From: Macrostomum lignano
Taxonomy: Eukaryota
DNA: 64,000 bases
Assembly: GCA_002269645.1 (NCBI GenBank)
Contig: NIVC01000301.1
Coordinates: 124,001 to 188,000, forward strand
Direction: 5' to 3'
In this document: positions 26,001 through 37,479 of the stretch, one piece after another
Position numbering within the stretch: position 1 is the first letter of the stretch
Layout: each line of letters opens with the position of its first letter
Translations under genes and position numbers: made by a program
Notes under the pieces: model-generated
Database searches by the model: none
What the model was told of the DNA's origin: nothing
The model's input: only the letters and a program-made list of their open reading frames with translations

Positions 26001-27644
26001 CAAGACCCGCAAAGTGCGCGCCCCGCCCGCCTGGCTGGAGGCGGCTCTGTCCGGCTGGAAGCCGTCGGACGCGGCCTTCTCGGCTGCCGAGGACCGCCAG
26101 CTCACCGAGATGCTGCTGAAGCGCCCGGAGCCCAGCCGGCCCGAGGAGTTTCGCGGCCACCCGCTGTACGCGCTGCGCCGCCACCTGCTGAAGTACGAAG
26201 TGATCTACCCGGACGAGGCCAAGCCGATGGGCTTCGTCCGGCCCAGCAACGAGCCGTTCTATTCGCGCGACTGCGTGCACGTGTGCCACACCCGCGAGAC
26301 CTGGCTGAAGGAGGCCCGGGTGGTGCGGCCGGGCGAGCAGCCCGTCAAAGTTGTCAAGTCTCGGATGTCCGCCAAACAGCGACTGCTGGGTGAGCCGTCT
26401 GGTGCTCCCAGTCTCACTCCCTAGCTCAGGAATCTCACTCCCTAGCTCAGGAATCTCACTCCCTAGCTCAGGAATCTCACTCCCTAGCTCAGGAATCTCA
26501 CTCCCTAGCTCAGGAATCTCACTCCCTAGCTCAGGAATCTCACTCCCTAGCTCAGGAATCTCACTCCCTAGCTCAGGAATCTCACTCCCTAGCTCAGGAA
26601 TCTCACTCCCTAGCTCAGGAATCTCACTCCCTAGCTCAGGAATCTCACTCCCTAGCTCAGGAATCTCACTCCCTAGCTCAGGAATCTCACTCTGTAGCTC
26701 AGCAGTCTCACTCCCTAGCTCAGCAGTCTCACTCCCTAGCTCAGGAATCTCACTCTGTAGCTCAGGAATCTCACTCTTTAGCTCAGGAATCTCACTCCCT
26801 AGCTCAGCAGTCTCACTCTGTAGCTCAGGAATCTCACTCCGTAGCTCAGCAGTCTCACTCTGTAGCTCAACAGTCAATTTGTGTCCTTAAGCAAGACACT
26901 TAACTCTGCATTGCTTCAGTTCACCTATCTGTAAAATGGGTGCCAGCATTAGCTGGGGTATTTGACGGTATGTGCTGACCCCCCCCCCCACCAGTTCTTG
27001 GACTGAACAGCCGTACGCAGCCTTCAGATGCGCCGCGCAATAGCTGTCACTGAGCTGTCGGTTGCACATCTAATCAATTATTGTTACGAGATGCAGCACC
27101 ATACACTCTGGCAGCGGGGTCACAGATTTATACAGTAAAATTCAACTGAAAGCCATTTTCAGTTTTGAAATATGCGTCATAATTCAAAATGCTTTGAATT
27201 TTAGGCAACGGCGAGCCCGCCAGCGTGGACCTGTTCGGCCACTGGCAGACTCAGCCGTACGAGCCGCCGATCGCCGTTAACGGCCGCGTCCCTCGCAACG
27301 AGCACGGCAACGTGGACCTGTTCAAGCCGTGCATGCTGCCGCGCGGCTGCGTGCACCTCAAGCTGCCCGGCCTCGTTCGGTTGGCCAAGAAGCTCGGCGT
27401 TGACGGCGTGCCGGCCATGACCGGCTGGGAGTTCAAAGGCGCCGGCTGGGCCCGCCCGGTGCTGGAAGGCCTGGTGGTTTGCGCCGAGAATCGCCGGCTG
27501 CTGATCGACGCCTGGCTGGAGGAGCGCCGGGCCCAGCGCGAGCGCGCCGTGCTAGCCAAATCGGAGCGCGCCGAACAAAATTGGCGCCGTCTGGCTAAGG
27601 GCCTTCTGATGCGGGCCGCAATCAGGGCCAAGTATTTGACCTGA
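23080..27644 (+). CDS. XPC: XPC/Rad4 nucleotide-excision-repair damage sensor; exons about 23080-25142, 25995-26389, 27205-27644 (true start uncertain)
   Basis: ENLHKVHFLVLLA (Rad4 TGD start), VREVTARYDLNW|CTKTRK, FRGHPLYALRRHLLKYEVIYP, YSRDCVHVCHTRETWLKEARVV (BHD1/2), DLFGHWQTQPY and VPRNEHGNVDLFKPCMLPRGCVHL (BHD3). The track start at 23080 is GTG; first in-frame ATG is near 23254. Confidence 0.92.
25200..25925. repeat. 19-20-bp minisatellite (gacctcactcccacatcagt) in XPC intron 1
   Basis: About 36 tandem units. Confidence 0.95.
26411..26870. repeat. 21-bp minisatellite (ctcactccctagctcaggaat) in XPC intron 2
   Basis: About 22 tandem units. Source of the false GSEIPEL and SSGISLP ORFs. Confidence 0.95.
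26878..27075 (+). mobile_element. 5'-truncated copy of the CORE-type SINE
   Basis: gtgtccttaagcaagacacttaactctgcattgcttcagttcacctatctgtaaaatgggt...gtcggttgcacatct is the reverse complement of about 18810-19000. Confidence 0.75.
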
Positions 27645-27654
27645 CTGCGGTGCG

Positions 27655-27965
27655 CTGCCGATATGTATCGAAAGTGAACTAAAAACTGAGCGATATGTAA
27701 CAGATAAATCCTTACCGATATGTATAGAAAATATTGAAACCCCACCTATATGTATCGAAACATTGAAACTCTCGATATGTATCGAAAGCATTGAAACCCT
27801 ACCGATATGTATCGAAAATATTGAAATCCTGCCTATCAATTGTTGTCAAAAACTATAAAACTGAGTCATAATGTATCTTAAATTGTCAAACATCTACCGA
27901 TATGTTTATAAATTTACTGAACACTCAGTAAACGTTGAGGCTGTTTGTCGATATGTATCGAAATT
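27655..27965. repeat. Degenerate about 30-bp tandem repeat (accgatatgtatcgaaaatattgaaaccct) just 3' of XPC
   Basis: Recurrent cgatatgtatcgaaa. Confidence 0.8.
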
Positions 27966-29464
27966 ATTTTATTTATGCTTTGTGGTAATAGATGGACTTG
28001 GACACCGCTGGCCAACAAAAACAGTGACTAGCTGTTTTTTATGAGCCTGTCAGTCAGCGCTTTTTGTTGTCAAATTGTTCTACTTGCGTCTGGTTGCAAC
28101 AATTTCAATTGTTATAGCATTTTGCTGGTAGTTTCTCGTTACTGAAATTGGTGAATTTTTCCTTTTCTTACTCTTCAGTTATCAAAAAGAAGGCAGAGTT
28201 GCCTTGATTTCTCTCCCTGATCGAGTTATTTTTTGTAACTGTCCATATAATGACGATCCATTGAGTTTTTCTACTCGAAAATATTGTTATTTACTCTCAC
28301 TGAAGCACTCACTGCATTTCGCATGGCAACAGCTATTTGATACTGAGGACATTTAACAGCAGGAGTGAAAACTCGCTTCAATATTTTTTGTACTTTTGTT
28401 GCATTCATCAAATCTCCCGGTATAAATAAATTGACAACAGTCGGACAAGTTCTGTCCGCGGTGCAATCAATTTGATTCTTTTGTAGTGTGCGCTTCTTGT
28501 ATTTGGCTTTTTAAGGATTGCTAAAAGAGTACTGTGAGTGTACTCTTGACACCGCGTCTTTTTTGTCTATGGCATAAGTTGTGGCCGGATTGTTGTACAA
28601 AACCGAGTGAGTGAGCGAGTGGCGAGTGACGCAACTTAGCTATGCCGCGGCAGACTTGAGTTGAGGAGTTAAGTGCAGTGAGCGGTGTGCGAGGGTTGGA
28701 CGGATTAAAGCTACCCCAATCAGTTTTCTAGTATCTTTTTTCAGAATAAGTCCAAGAGAAATTGCTCACTGGCGCATAGAGTGGCGAATTTTCATTATGT
28801 ATGCAGATGGATGGACTGCACCATCTAGATAGATGATTCATAACACTTTAGCCAGTCAGTCACATGGCTTGTGCCATAGACTAACAGTACTGGATTTTGA
28901 TGCGTCTTTTGCTTTCAGTAGGTTAAATATTTTCTCCTCCTTTTTCCAAATATGTCTATGGAAAAGAAAGTCCTCGGATGATATTCTCAAGACTTTCCGT
29001 GACAATATTTGCGTTCTCCGGGATTTTATTTGGTAATATTCAATAATATCCCGTAATTCCCGATTAATGGGAATTTCTCATTAACGCCCGCAAAGCATGG
29101 GTATTAATGTACTATTAATTTATCCAACTTTAATTTCTTGATAATGGAAGCAAATGGGATAAAGGCCCTTTTTGACAGAGCCTATGTCCAAGGGGTGGCC
29201 CGTCATTTCCGTAGATTAGATTAATTAATAATTACTAATCGTCTATAGTGAAGCAAGTGGAGGATAGGCTATGTGTACAGGCACTGCTACTATAGCAAGT
29301 TTGGGCTCTTTATTCAATGCTAAGAACTATGAATAATCAATGTAAAAATGTGCATTAAGCTAGGGCTAATATCGTGAATTCAGTTAGTTAACTAATGGAA
29401 GAAATCGTGTTGAGTTAGCTAAGTAACCAACCAGTGGTCCTTACTAGAGCATTGTCTTTGTGAG

Positions 29465-31975
29465 CTACTGGCTCTGCAGGAAGGGGTGCCGCAGCAGCTC
29501 TGCGGCGTCCGCTCGCTCTTTCGGATTCTTTGTAACGCAGCGGCGGTAGAAGTAGCGCAGATTGTCCGATGCTTCAGGAGGCAGATCAGGCATGTCTTGT
29601 GTGGACAATCTCGCTGGAAGTTTCATCCAGTTGACCTTGCTATTTGGAGGTTTCATCGTCAGCATCTCGAACACGGTGCAGCCGAATGCCCACACGTCTG
29701 TCTTTCGTGTGTACACTAAACGGCCTTCATCATTCTCGCAATTGAGTAGTTCCGGGGCCATGAAATGAACTGTGGTGAGTTGGTTTGCGCTGTAGCCTCT
29801 TGTAGATGTGGCGGTGATGATTTCCTTAGCTAGACCGAAATCAATCAGCTTGATGATGCCCTCATAAGTGAGCATTATGTTGGAGCATTTTATATCGCGG
29901 TGCAGGATGACCGGGTTGCGACCGTGTAGGAAAATGAGGGTTGAGCAAACCTTGAAAAGAGTCGGGATGCAGAAGATTTCAGGTTACTTCACATGTTGAC
30001 TATGGGAAGTTTTTTAAGCTGGCATTTACCTGCTGCGAGAATTTTCTCACTGCCAGCTCATCGAATGGCTTTTTAAGGCGCTGCATCAGTTCAAGGAGGC
30101 TGTGACCCGCGATGAGCTCGGTGAAGATGCGGATCTCTCCGTCAGTCGTCTCGGTCTTAAGGAATAGCACCACATTGGTGTGCCGTATGCCTCTTAGAAT
30201 CTCCATTCCTTTCTTTTCCTGGTCCATAGCCTCGCTCAGTTGCGAAGAAAGGGTGCTGCTGCTATCGGGGTGAACAATTTTGACAGCCACAGTCTGCTGT
30301 TTGTCTGTGAATGCCTTGAATACTTTGCCAAAGCCGCCTTGGCCAAGGAGTTGCTGCTGTCCGCCATTGGTAAGGAGGTAATCCCAGTTCGAGAAGTTTG
30401 GGTCCAGCGAGAACTGACATCTGGAATGGGAAAAACTGAAGTCATACCATGCGCTAACTTTTATTTTTTCTAATTAAATAGTCGGTTGTCTTACAACAAG
30501 ACCTGTTGCTCCGAGATCCATTTTAACATTTCATCTCTGTGCTTCTTGTTCATCCTGGCATAGTCGGCCACCGTCTTCTTGTCAGCGTCCATCAGTTTGA
30601 TTGCGCAGTCGCCAAGGCAGTCTCGTACGAAGCGCAGCGTTTCTAGGTCTTGATGCTGAGCAACCAGATGAACTGGCGAGCGGTCGCACGAGTCCTTTTC
30701 CAACAGGCAGGACGAACCGAGCTCACCAACGAGCCACTTAAGAGCAGTATTGCTGATTTCGTTCATGGCAGCCATGTGAATCGCAGCTCGATTCAGCTGT
30801 CCAGGTTGATAGAAGCAGTCCAGTCCAAGCTTTCCTTTCAAGAACTGCATGGAGTCTGAGCCCTGCTTCATGGCGGCAAAGTGGACTGGGGTGTTGCCTC
30901 TCTCGTCTGCTACGCTAAGGATTTCGCTGCCGCACTCGTCTGCAAGCCATTTGAGAGCGGAGTTGCTGACTGTGTTGGCTGCGGCACTGTGAATGGCTGT
31001 CTGCCGACACTGTCCAGTCCAATGGAAGCAGTCGAGGCCAATCTTAGCTTTGAAGAACTGCATGGAGTCAGAGTTTTGGAAGGCGGCAGCATAGTGGACA
31101 GGCGTGTTGCCTTTCTCATCAGCCACGGAGAGAGTGTCGGTTCCGCACTCCTCTACGAGCCATTTGAGAGCGGAATTACTGACTGCGTTAATGGCGGCAC
31201 AGTGAATTGCTGTGCGCTGAAATTTTCCTCTCTGATGAAAGCAGTCGGGGCCCAGTTTTGCCTCTATGAATTGCATGGAATTGGAGCCCTGGAACTGTGC
31301 GGCGAGATGAACTGGTGTGTAGCCTGTGGCATCCATTACATTTAGAGTGTCACTTCCTTGTTCATCGACCAGCCACTTCAAGGAATAGTTGTTCCCGGTT
31401 TTCATGGCTGCATAGTGAATCAATGTTCGCTGATAACAGCCCTTGAAATGAAAGCCGCTTGGTCCAAGCAGCCCTTTGATAAATTTCAGAGAGTCCGGGC
31501 CCTGTTTCCAAGCCGCGAGGTGGACGGGTGTATCGCCAAACTCGTCTGTCTCCATGAGGGTGTCGCAACCGCACTTGTCAACTAGCAACATTAAAGCGGA
31601 ATTGCTTGCTTTGTTTTCGGCTGCACAGTGAATGGCAGTTCTCCGGTACTGACCTGTTTTGCGGAAGCAGTCGCTGCCCAAAGTTTCATAGATTAGCTTC
31701 ATCCAGGAGGCATCCTGAGTCACTGCGGCGCAGTGCACCGGAGTGTTAACCTTGTCTGTGCAGGTGAGGCATTCAGGTCCGAGCTTCTCGATTTGCGCAC
31801 GGAAGCACTGCAGGTCGGTAGACTTGTATGCGATGTGATGCGCCAATGACTGTTCTAGCAGGCCGGTCTTGTACCCGCCAACAGCAATTGTAAGGTTGTT
31901 GTCGACTTCCTGGAACAGTTGCAGCAGGCTGTTGTTGTCTCCGGCCTCGAGTGCGGCAGCGAGTCGGCTCTCCAT
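29465..31975 (-). CDS. Ankyrin-repeat Ser/Thr protein kinase (MAP3K/STE-like catalytic domain), 3 exons: 31975-30495, 30420-30030, 29950-29465
   Basis: About 12 ankyrin repeats (alternating TPVHxAA and RTAIHxAA). Phase-2 donor tt|GTAAGA at 30494 and acceptor ccattccAG at 30421 join them in frame to [33 protein letters not shown] and DVWAFG. Confidence 0.85.
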
Positions 31976-33324
31976 GGTGCTTTCAGCATCCGTGGCTTGA
32001 GAGCGATGCAGCTTTGGATTCTATGCAGCTCGGTATTATACTGTGCCCAAGGGGTGAGTCCAAGATCTTAGTGAATTTAAGGCATTAAAACTCTACCCCT
32101 TAGCCCGCGAGAGAGGTTTGTGCACAATGGAGCTTGAACCTTGCCATGCGCGTAGTTGATGCACGTACAAGAAATTAGAGCGTACAACAGTTCTATGCGT
32201 ACAGCGCGCTGTGCTGTTCAATAGAGACAGAATTAAAGCTTGAATACATTGCCAGTTTGTCTCTATCGGTGCGCTTCAGCATGAAGAAGCCACCAATGTT
32301 ATCTCGGTTTTGTTTTATTTATGCTTGGCTTGAAACGCATTATTACTCTTTGACGGCTCTGATCCATAGGCTAAGAAACTTTGCTAAACGCTTAAATTAC
32401 CTTAGCATCAGTAGGGAGGCTGAGTGGCAAAGTCCTAATGCAAAGTAATTTTATTTGTGTTTAGCAGGAATATCTCTTACTAAAGTAGCTCGTAGTGGTG
32501 AGGTGGTGAGTGGTTTTATCTTGGGCTGGAAATCTTGATATCAGATAGGAGGTAATGCATTCTGCACCCACCCCCACCTAACGGGGGCTAAGATTAACTA
32601 TAGGTTTCAACACTAAATTATTAACATAACTACACGTAGATTCTACTATTCAACTATTCTGCGTGAAAGTAGGAGCTCGTATATTTGCACTAAAGCTAAT
32701 AGCTAGGCTGGTCACTTACCACTTCACAGTGTCCATACTCCTAATGCTCGTTCATTCCGTTAAAGATCGTACAAGCATAAATTCACACTACTGATTGCAC
32801 AAAGCGATAAAAAATGCTGTACATGCTGCTTGGTCACACAAGATGGTCTGTCTCACTTAGAGAGACTTTCAATTGGGGCTAATGAAAGCACCGTGGGAGG
32901 TGGAGACAAAACTCCTGTTAATGTTACACAACATGCGCCGTGTTACTTGGATAGTCAGTAGATTTTTGAGATTTTGTTTATTGTTTATGATGTCCAACGA
33001 ATTCTTCTGTCATGTCAATTTCGTATTCTTGGAGTTTTGGACTACCCTAACGTGTTCCGAGAGAATATGTAGTTATAATTAGTTCACTGCACTTGAATCG
33101 AAGAATTGAAACTCCTGAACCCATTAAAGGATAAATTTAAGTATAAAAATCGATCTTATAAAACAAAATCGTATTTTCTTTTTTGGAGCAATTTTGAACG
33201 CTGTTAGTCGAGAATGTTTTCTGTTAGGTATTAAATAAGCAAGCAAAATTACACCTATGTAGCCGCTTCGACCCATTGCTGCTTAATGAGAGGCGCAGAG
33301 ACCATCGGTCGAGTACGAAATCCG

Positions 33325-34760
33325 TCAGACGCGCTCCGGATCAAAAAACTGTCGAGGCCGCCTACCGCCGGCTCCGCCGAGCTGTTCAACCCGCTCGAAA
33401 TGGTTGGCCATGGCCTCCAAAGCGATGTAGGCGGCCGCCATGCCCAGCCGGTCTTGGATGAGCCGCAGCAGGAACACCCGGTCCGTGTCGGCCAGCGTTC
33501 TGACCAGCTGCGCCTCCTTCTGCCGCCGGTGCCACTGGTCCTCCGCTGCGCCAGTTCCACCGCTCGTGCCGCTCGGCTGCGCCCATCGCCCCAACGTCTT
33601 CCACCAGCGGCGACGCCGCCGTTGCCGCTTCTCCAGATGGTCCAGCATCACCCGGGCGAACGTCTTGACGTAACTCCGCCGCCGGGAGCGCAGCGCCACC
33701 CGGACGAGCCAAAGCAGCGTGGAGCAGACGAGAAGCAAGCCGCAGGCGACAAGCCAGAACCAGAGGAACAGGGCGGTCTTGTTCACCAGCAGGTTGATGG
33801 GCAGGATGCACTGCAACGTGCGCTTGTTCCACCCGCCCAGCTGCCGCAGCGGCACGTCGCAAAAGGTCAACGTTGGAAAGGCGGGCGTTTCGACAACGCC
33901 ATCGGCTTGCTTGGACTGCCGGGTCAGGCCTGCGATGCCGAACATCGGGTTGGACAGTTCGAAGCTGTACTGCAGGTAGAACAGGCAGCCCAGAATGGCC
34001 AGCAGTCGCAATCCTTTAATCATCAGGTAGGTGAGGAACAGGCGAGAGCCGCTCAGGCTCACCGGCTGAACCGCGCTGCTTTTCCCTTTGCTCATCAGGT
34101 GAGCGCCCAGATGGCGTTTCAAACGGCCGGCTTCATCCTGGTGCTCATTTTCGTCTTCTGAGGACGACTCGTCCGACTCGGACTCGGAAGCGTCGCCGTG
34201 CTCGCCGGCATTGGCGGCGGGTTCCGCCAGCGCCGCGGCCGCCTGCAGAGTCTGGTGCGGCTGGGTGGCGACCTGCTCGCAGATGAAGGACCACAACAGG
34301 TCGGGCAGCTTGAGCAGGAAGGCTAGCACCATTAGGATCATAGGCAGCCAGTAGTAGTATGCTGCGGGTTGAATGGAAATTTATGAATGGAACTCAGAAT
34401 TAACTGCAGCAAGGTAAGAGACCGAAGCGACTCACTCTGCGGCACCTTGACCTCCCAGGCGGCCGGCCCGGTCTTGTTGATGTTGGCGCCCGGCACTGCG
34501 TAGGCGCCCTCCATGTAGCAGTAGGCCTCGGCCGCCTGCTCCCACGGGTCCGGCCACTCGGCCGGCACGACGCAGTCGATGCTGTTGAAGAAGTACATCC
34601 TGGCTACCAGCACGGCGAACAGGGCCAGCACCACGGCCGAGGACACGTGACCGGAAAGCGAGTCGAAAAAATCCTGCGGCAACAGGCGGAAACCGAAGAA
34701 CGCCTCGGCCAGCTGGTTGGCCACAATCAGCAGCACGGCCTTCTGAGCGATGTGGCCCAT
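33325..34760 (-). CDS. Innexin (invertebrate gap-junction protein), 2 exons: 34760-34436, 34361-33325
   Basis: EL1 cysteines (SIDC...YCY), YYYWLP (YYQW-type motif) restored by a phase-1 GTGAGT/AG splice, FPTLTFC...QCILPINLLVNKTALFLWFW in EL2, four hydrophobic segments. Confidence 0.9.
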
Positions 34761-36152
34761 TGCTGCCTCCCGATGTAGCCTTGCCTGCGGCCTGCCGACT
34801 CAAAACGCTTGGCTTGTATCGCTACTCGATTTCTATACGGGTAATGCCGAACTAGCAAAGCGGAGAGTCTGAGTTTCTCTGAGCCAATTTAAGGGCGAGA
34901 GCCAAGGAGAGAAAGAGAAGGGGCAGCTATTGTTCGCGCAATGCAGTCTGAGCACAGTCGGGGTCTCTTTAGCCACACACTGCTCAGCCGCTTGCGCCCG
35001 CTATGTGGCTTTCGCGAGCCCAGGGTGGCAGTGAAGAAGAACTGCAAACAGAATGATGCGAGGGGAACTGCAGACATCTTCATCTCTTTAGTAAATTCTT
35101 AGAGCAGAAAGGAACAGAGAAAAAGAAAGGGTTACACAGTGGATGCATGCCGAGCTGCAGTTGATGCGACTTGAAACTCAGCCAATCTTGCCTTCAATTT
35201 CGTGCTACTCAATACTACTGCCCCTTTGTAAGTAGTATGATGAAACAGGCGAAGACATGGCTGCGAGTTTTTTTTGGCCGATACTTGGCCAGAAACTGAT
35301 GAGGCTCTGCATAATTGAATGCGCGCTGGGCGTCTCGGGCCGCTCCGAGCAAGGAGATCTGGAAACAGAATATCTGGGGAGCGGGACTCCCCTCGGGATA
35401 TCCTCGGGATCTCGATATCCTGCATAAAAATCTTTGGATCCCAAGGGATGCTGAGCTGGTTTCGATAAAATAAAATTATCAGAAATTATCTGCTGAAACA
35501 TTGTTCGGCTCTAAAAAATCTACTCGTAGGTTGATAAATTTCTTTGACGCCACAGATACTAGAGTAACTCACTTAGCACATTTGCGTGCAAGCTACTTTC
35601 AGTTAAGTAGTAAGTTAAACTGAAGCATGTTAATGATTTTTAAAGACAAGGCTTTTTATTGGCTCTTCCCTTACCGTAAGCCTAAGCCTTCAAACTCTAA
35701 CGCAGAACCTCTACCCCTGCTCCGCCACCCGATTTTTATTGTCTCCCTCGGTTATTCCAGCCTAAATCTGCCATGTACATTTCAGTGGCTACTGTACATT
35801 ATGGCTGAACCAATTAGCAATCTGCAGGCTTGGCTTCTAAACTTATCGAAGTCATCTCAGCTGCCTTAACTCTTATAGAATAGCTTATGTATTCTTCATT
35901 GCTACTGAACTAAAAGTAGAAAACTGTTTTGCTAATACGTATACCTGAGTGGCCCATCCAGTTATTTTAGTATCTGTGGCTAATCCAAGCAGAAACTCGT
36001 GAAAGTGAAGGTTAAGGGGAAGTTTAGCCCTCCAGATGCTGGTTTTCAGATCTCTTTGCCGCAACACCGGAGCGTGGGAACTCAGGACGCGCGATCAGTT
36101 GAATAATTAATGAGCTAGCGGCCGCATAAACTCAGCCACCCGCAGGATTCCG

Positions 36153-36983
36153 TTGGCTGCGATGACTCCGGTCCGGAGCTGCCGCCTGACTTGCGCGCCG
36201 AAAAAAATAATTTCTCTCCTCCCAATGCTGAGAGTTGACGGCGCCGGCGGCGGCTGCCCGCAGGTGCTCTGCGTCAGCGTCGTCTGCGACGGCCGGCGCC
36301 TGCCAGACCCCGGCGGCAGCCAGGACGTCAGCGATAGACATCCAGCAGCGAACGGCAGCAGCAGAACCTGGCGGGACCGAATGCTCAAACTGCTCAGCCG
36401 GCGGCGGGTTGGCTGGACTCTCCTGACCGCCCAGCTGGTCCTGACTGCGCTGACCGCCGCGCTGCACGCCGCCCTGGCTCCGGCGCTGGTCTCCGCGGTT
36501 CACGGAGGTGCCGTCGGGGTCGCCTTCGCAGCTCTAGCCGGCCTCGCCTGCGCTGTAGCCGTCGTGGAAGCCGCCGCCGCCGCCGTCTTTGGCTGGCGCG
36601 CCGGAGCCAGTCGGCCTGTGGCCGAGCAGCTCCTGCTGGACGTCGCAACCCCGACCTGCGCGCTGCTCGAGACGCCTCTGGTTGCCCTGAAGCTGGCGAC
36701 GCTGTCGGCTGCGACCGCGGCTTCGGCGATGGCCTCCGCCATGCCGACTTTAAAGGCCTCGGCTGTGGCGGCCGCAGCGCTGGCGGCCGCCCGCCTGTCC
36801 GGCCGCCTCCTGCATCTGGCCGGACGGTTTGGCGTCTTCCACGACTGCGTGGACACCGGCCAGGCCGGCCAGCCGGTCTCTGCGCTCAGCGGCCTGCGAC
36901 TTCTCGGCGACGGGCTGGCGGCCGCTGGACGGCTGTTCCTACCCTGCCTGCTCATTGTGCTCAACCTGGCCCTGCTGGTCTGA
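36153..36983 (+). CDS. Hypothetical multi-pass membrane protein (Ala/Leu-rich, about 4 TM segments)
   Basis: 276-aa GC-rich ORF with the coding-like composition of neighbouring exons and AT-rich flanks. No family recognised. The start may be the ATG at 36224. Confidence 0.55.
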   Translation: MAAMTPVRSCRLTCAPKKIISLLPMLRVDGAGGGCPQVLCVSVVCDGRRLPDPGGSQDVSDRHPAANGSSRTWRDRMLKLLSRRRVGWTLLTAQLVLTALTAALHAALAPALVSAVHGGAVGVAFAALAGLACAVAVVEAAAAAVFGWRAGASRPVAEQLLLDVATPTCALLETPLVALKLATLSAATAASAMASAMPTLKASAVAAAALAAARLSGRLLHLAGRFGVFHDCVDTGQAGQPVSALSGLRLLGDGLAAAGRLFLPCLLIVLNLALLV

Positions 36984-37479
36984 TCGTGTCCTTAGCGCCT
37001 CAAACTGTACAAAATTTCCCCTCAGAAACCCATATAATACTACTCGTACTGAATACAATGCGTAAGTAGCATCATTTGCATATTTTCAAGCTGATGCCAT
37101 TTTAAAAAACCAGAAATTAAATGAAATAAAACTTTGCTATATTAAGTGCTCAGCTTAGTAAGCCTGATAAATTTGCGCCTTAATTTGTCAGTACAAGCGA
37201 ATTGACTAAGTGGACAATGCGAAGGGATAAATACATTCGGTCGGTGCAGTCTGCTAATAAATGAGAGAGACGCAAATTGTGCCATAATTAATGGGCCAGG
37301 TTAATCTGAATGCCAACAAGGATGAAAAGTTCAAGCCGATTTTTTATGTCTCTTTTCGTCTTTTTCGTCTATGGCACAAGTTGTGGCTGGATTGTAGGCT
37401 ATGCTATTTTTAGGAATCTGTAGGAGCAGCAGTCCTTCTACTTTAGGTCCTTCTAAATTCCAATTCCAATTCCAGAGAT

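Noticed and set aside
11307-26890. Repeat-derived ORFs ([40 protein letters not shown] and similar)
   Set aside because: Translations of intronic or intergenic micro- and minisatellites outside the spliced gene models.
30491-31975. Stand-alone ankyrin protein and separate kinase fragments as listed in the ORF track
   Set aside because: Phase-compatible splice sites join them into a single gene.
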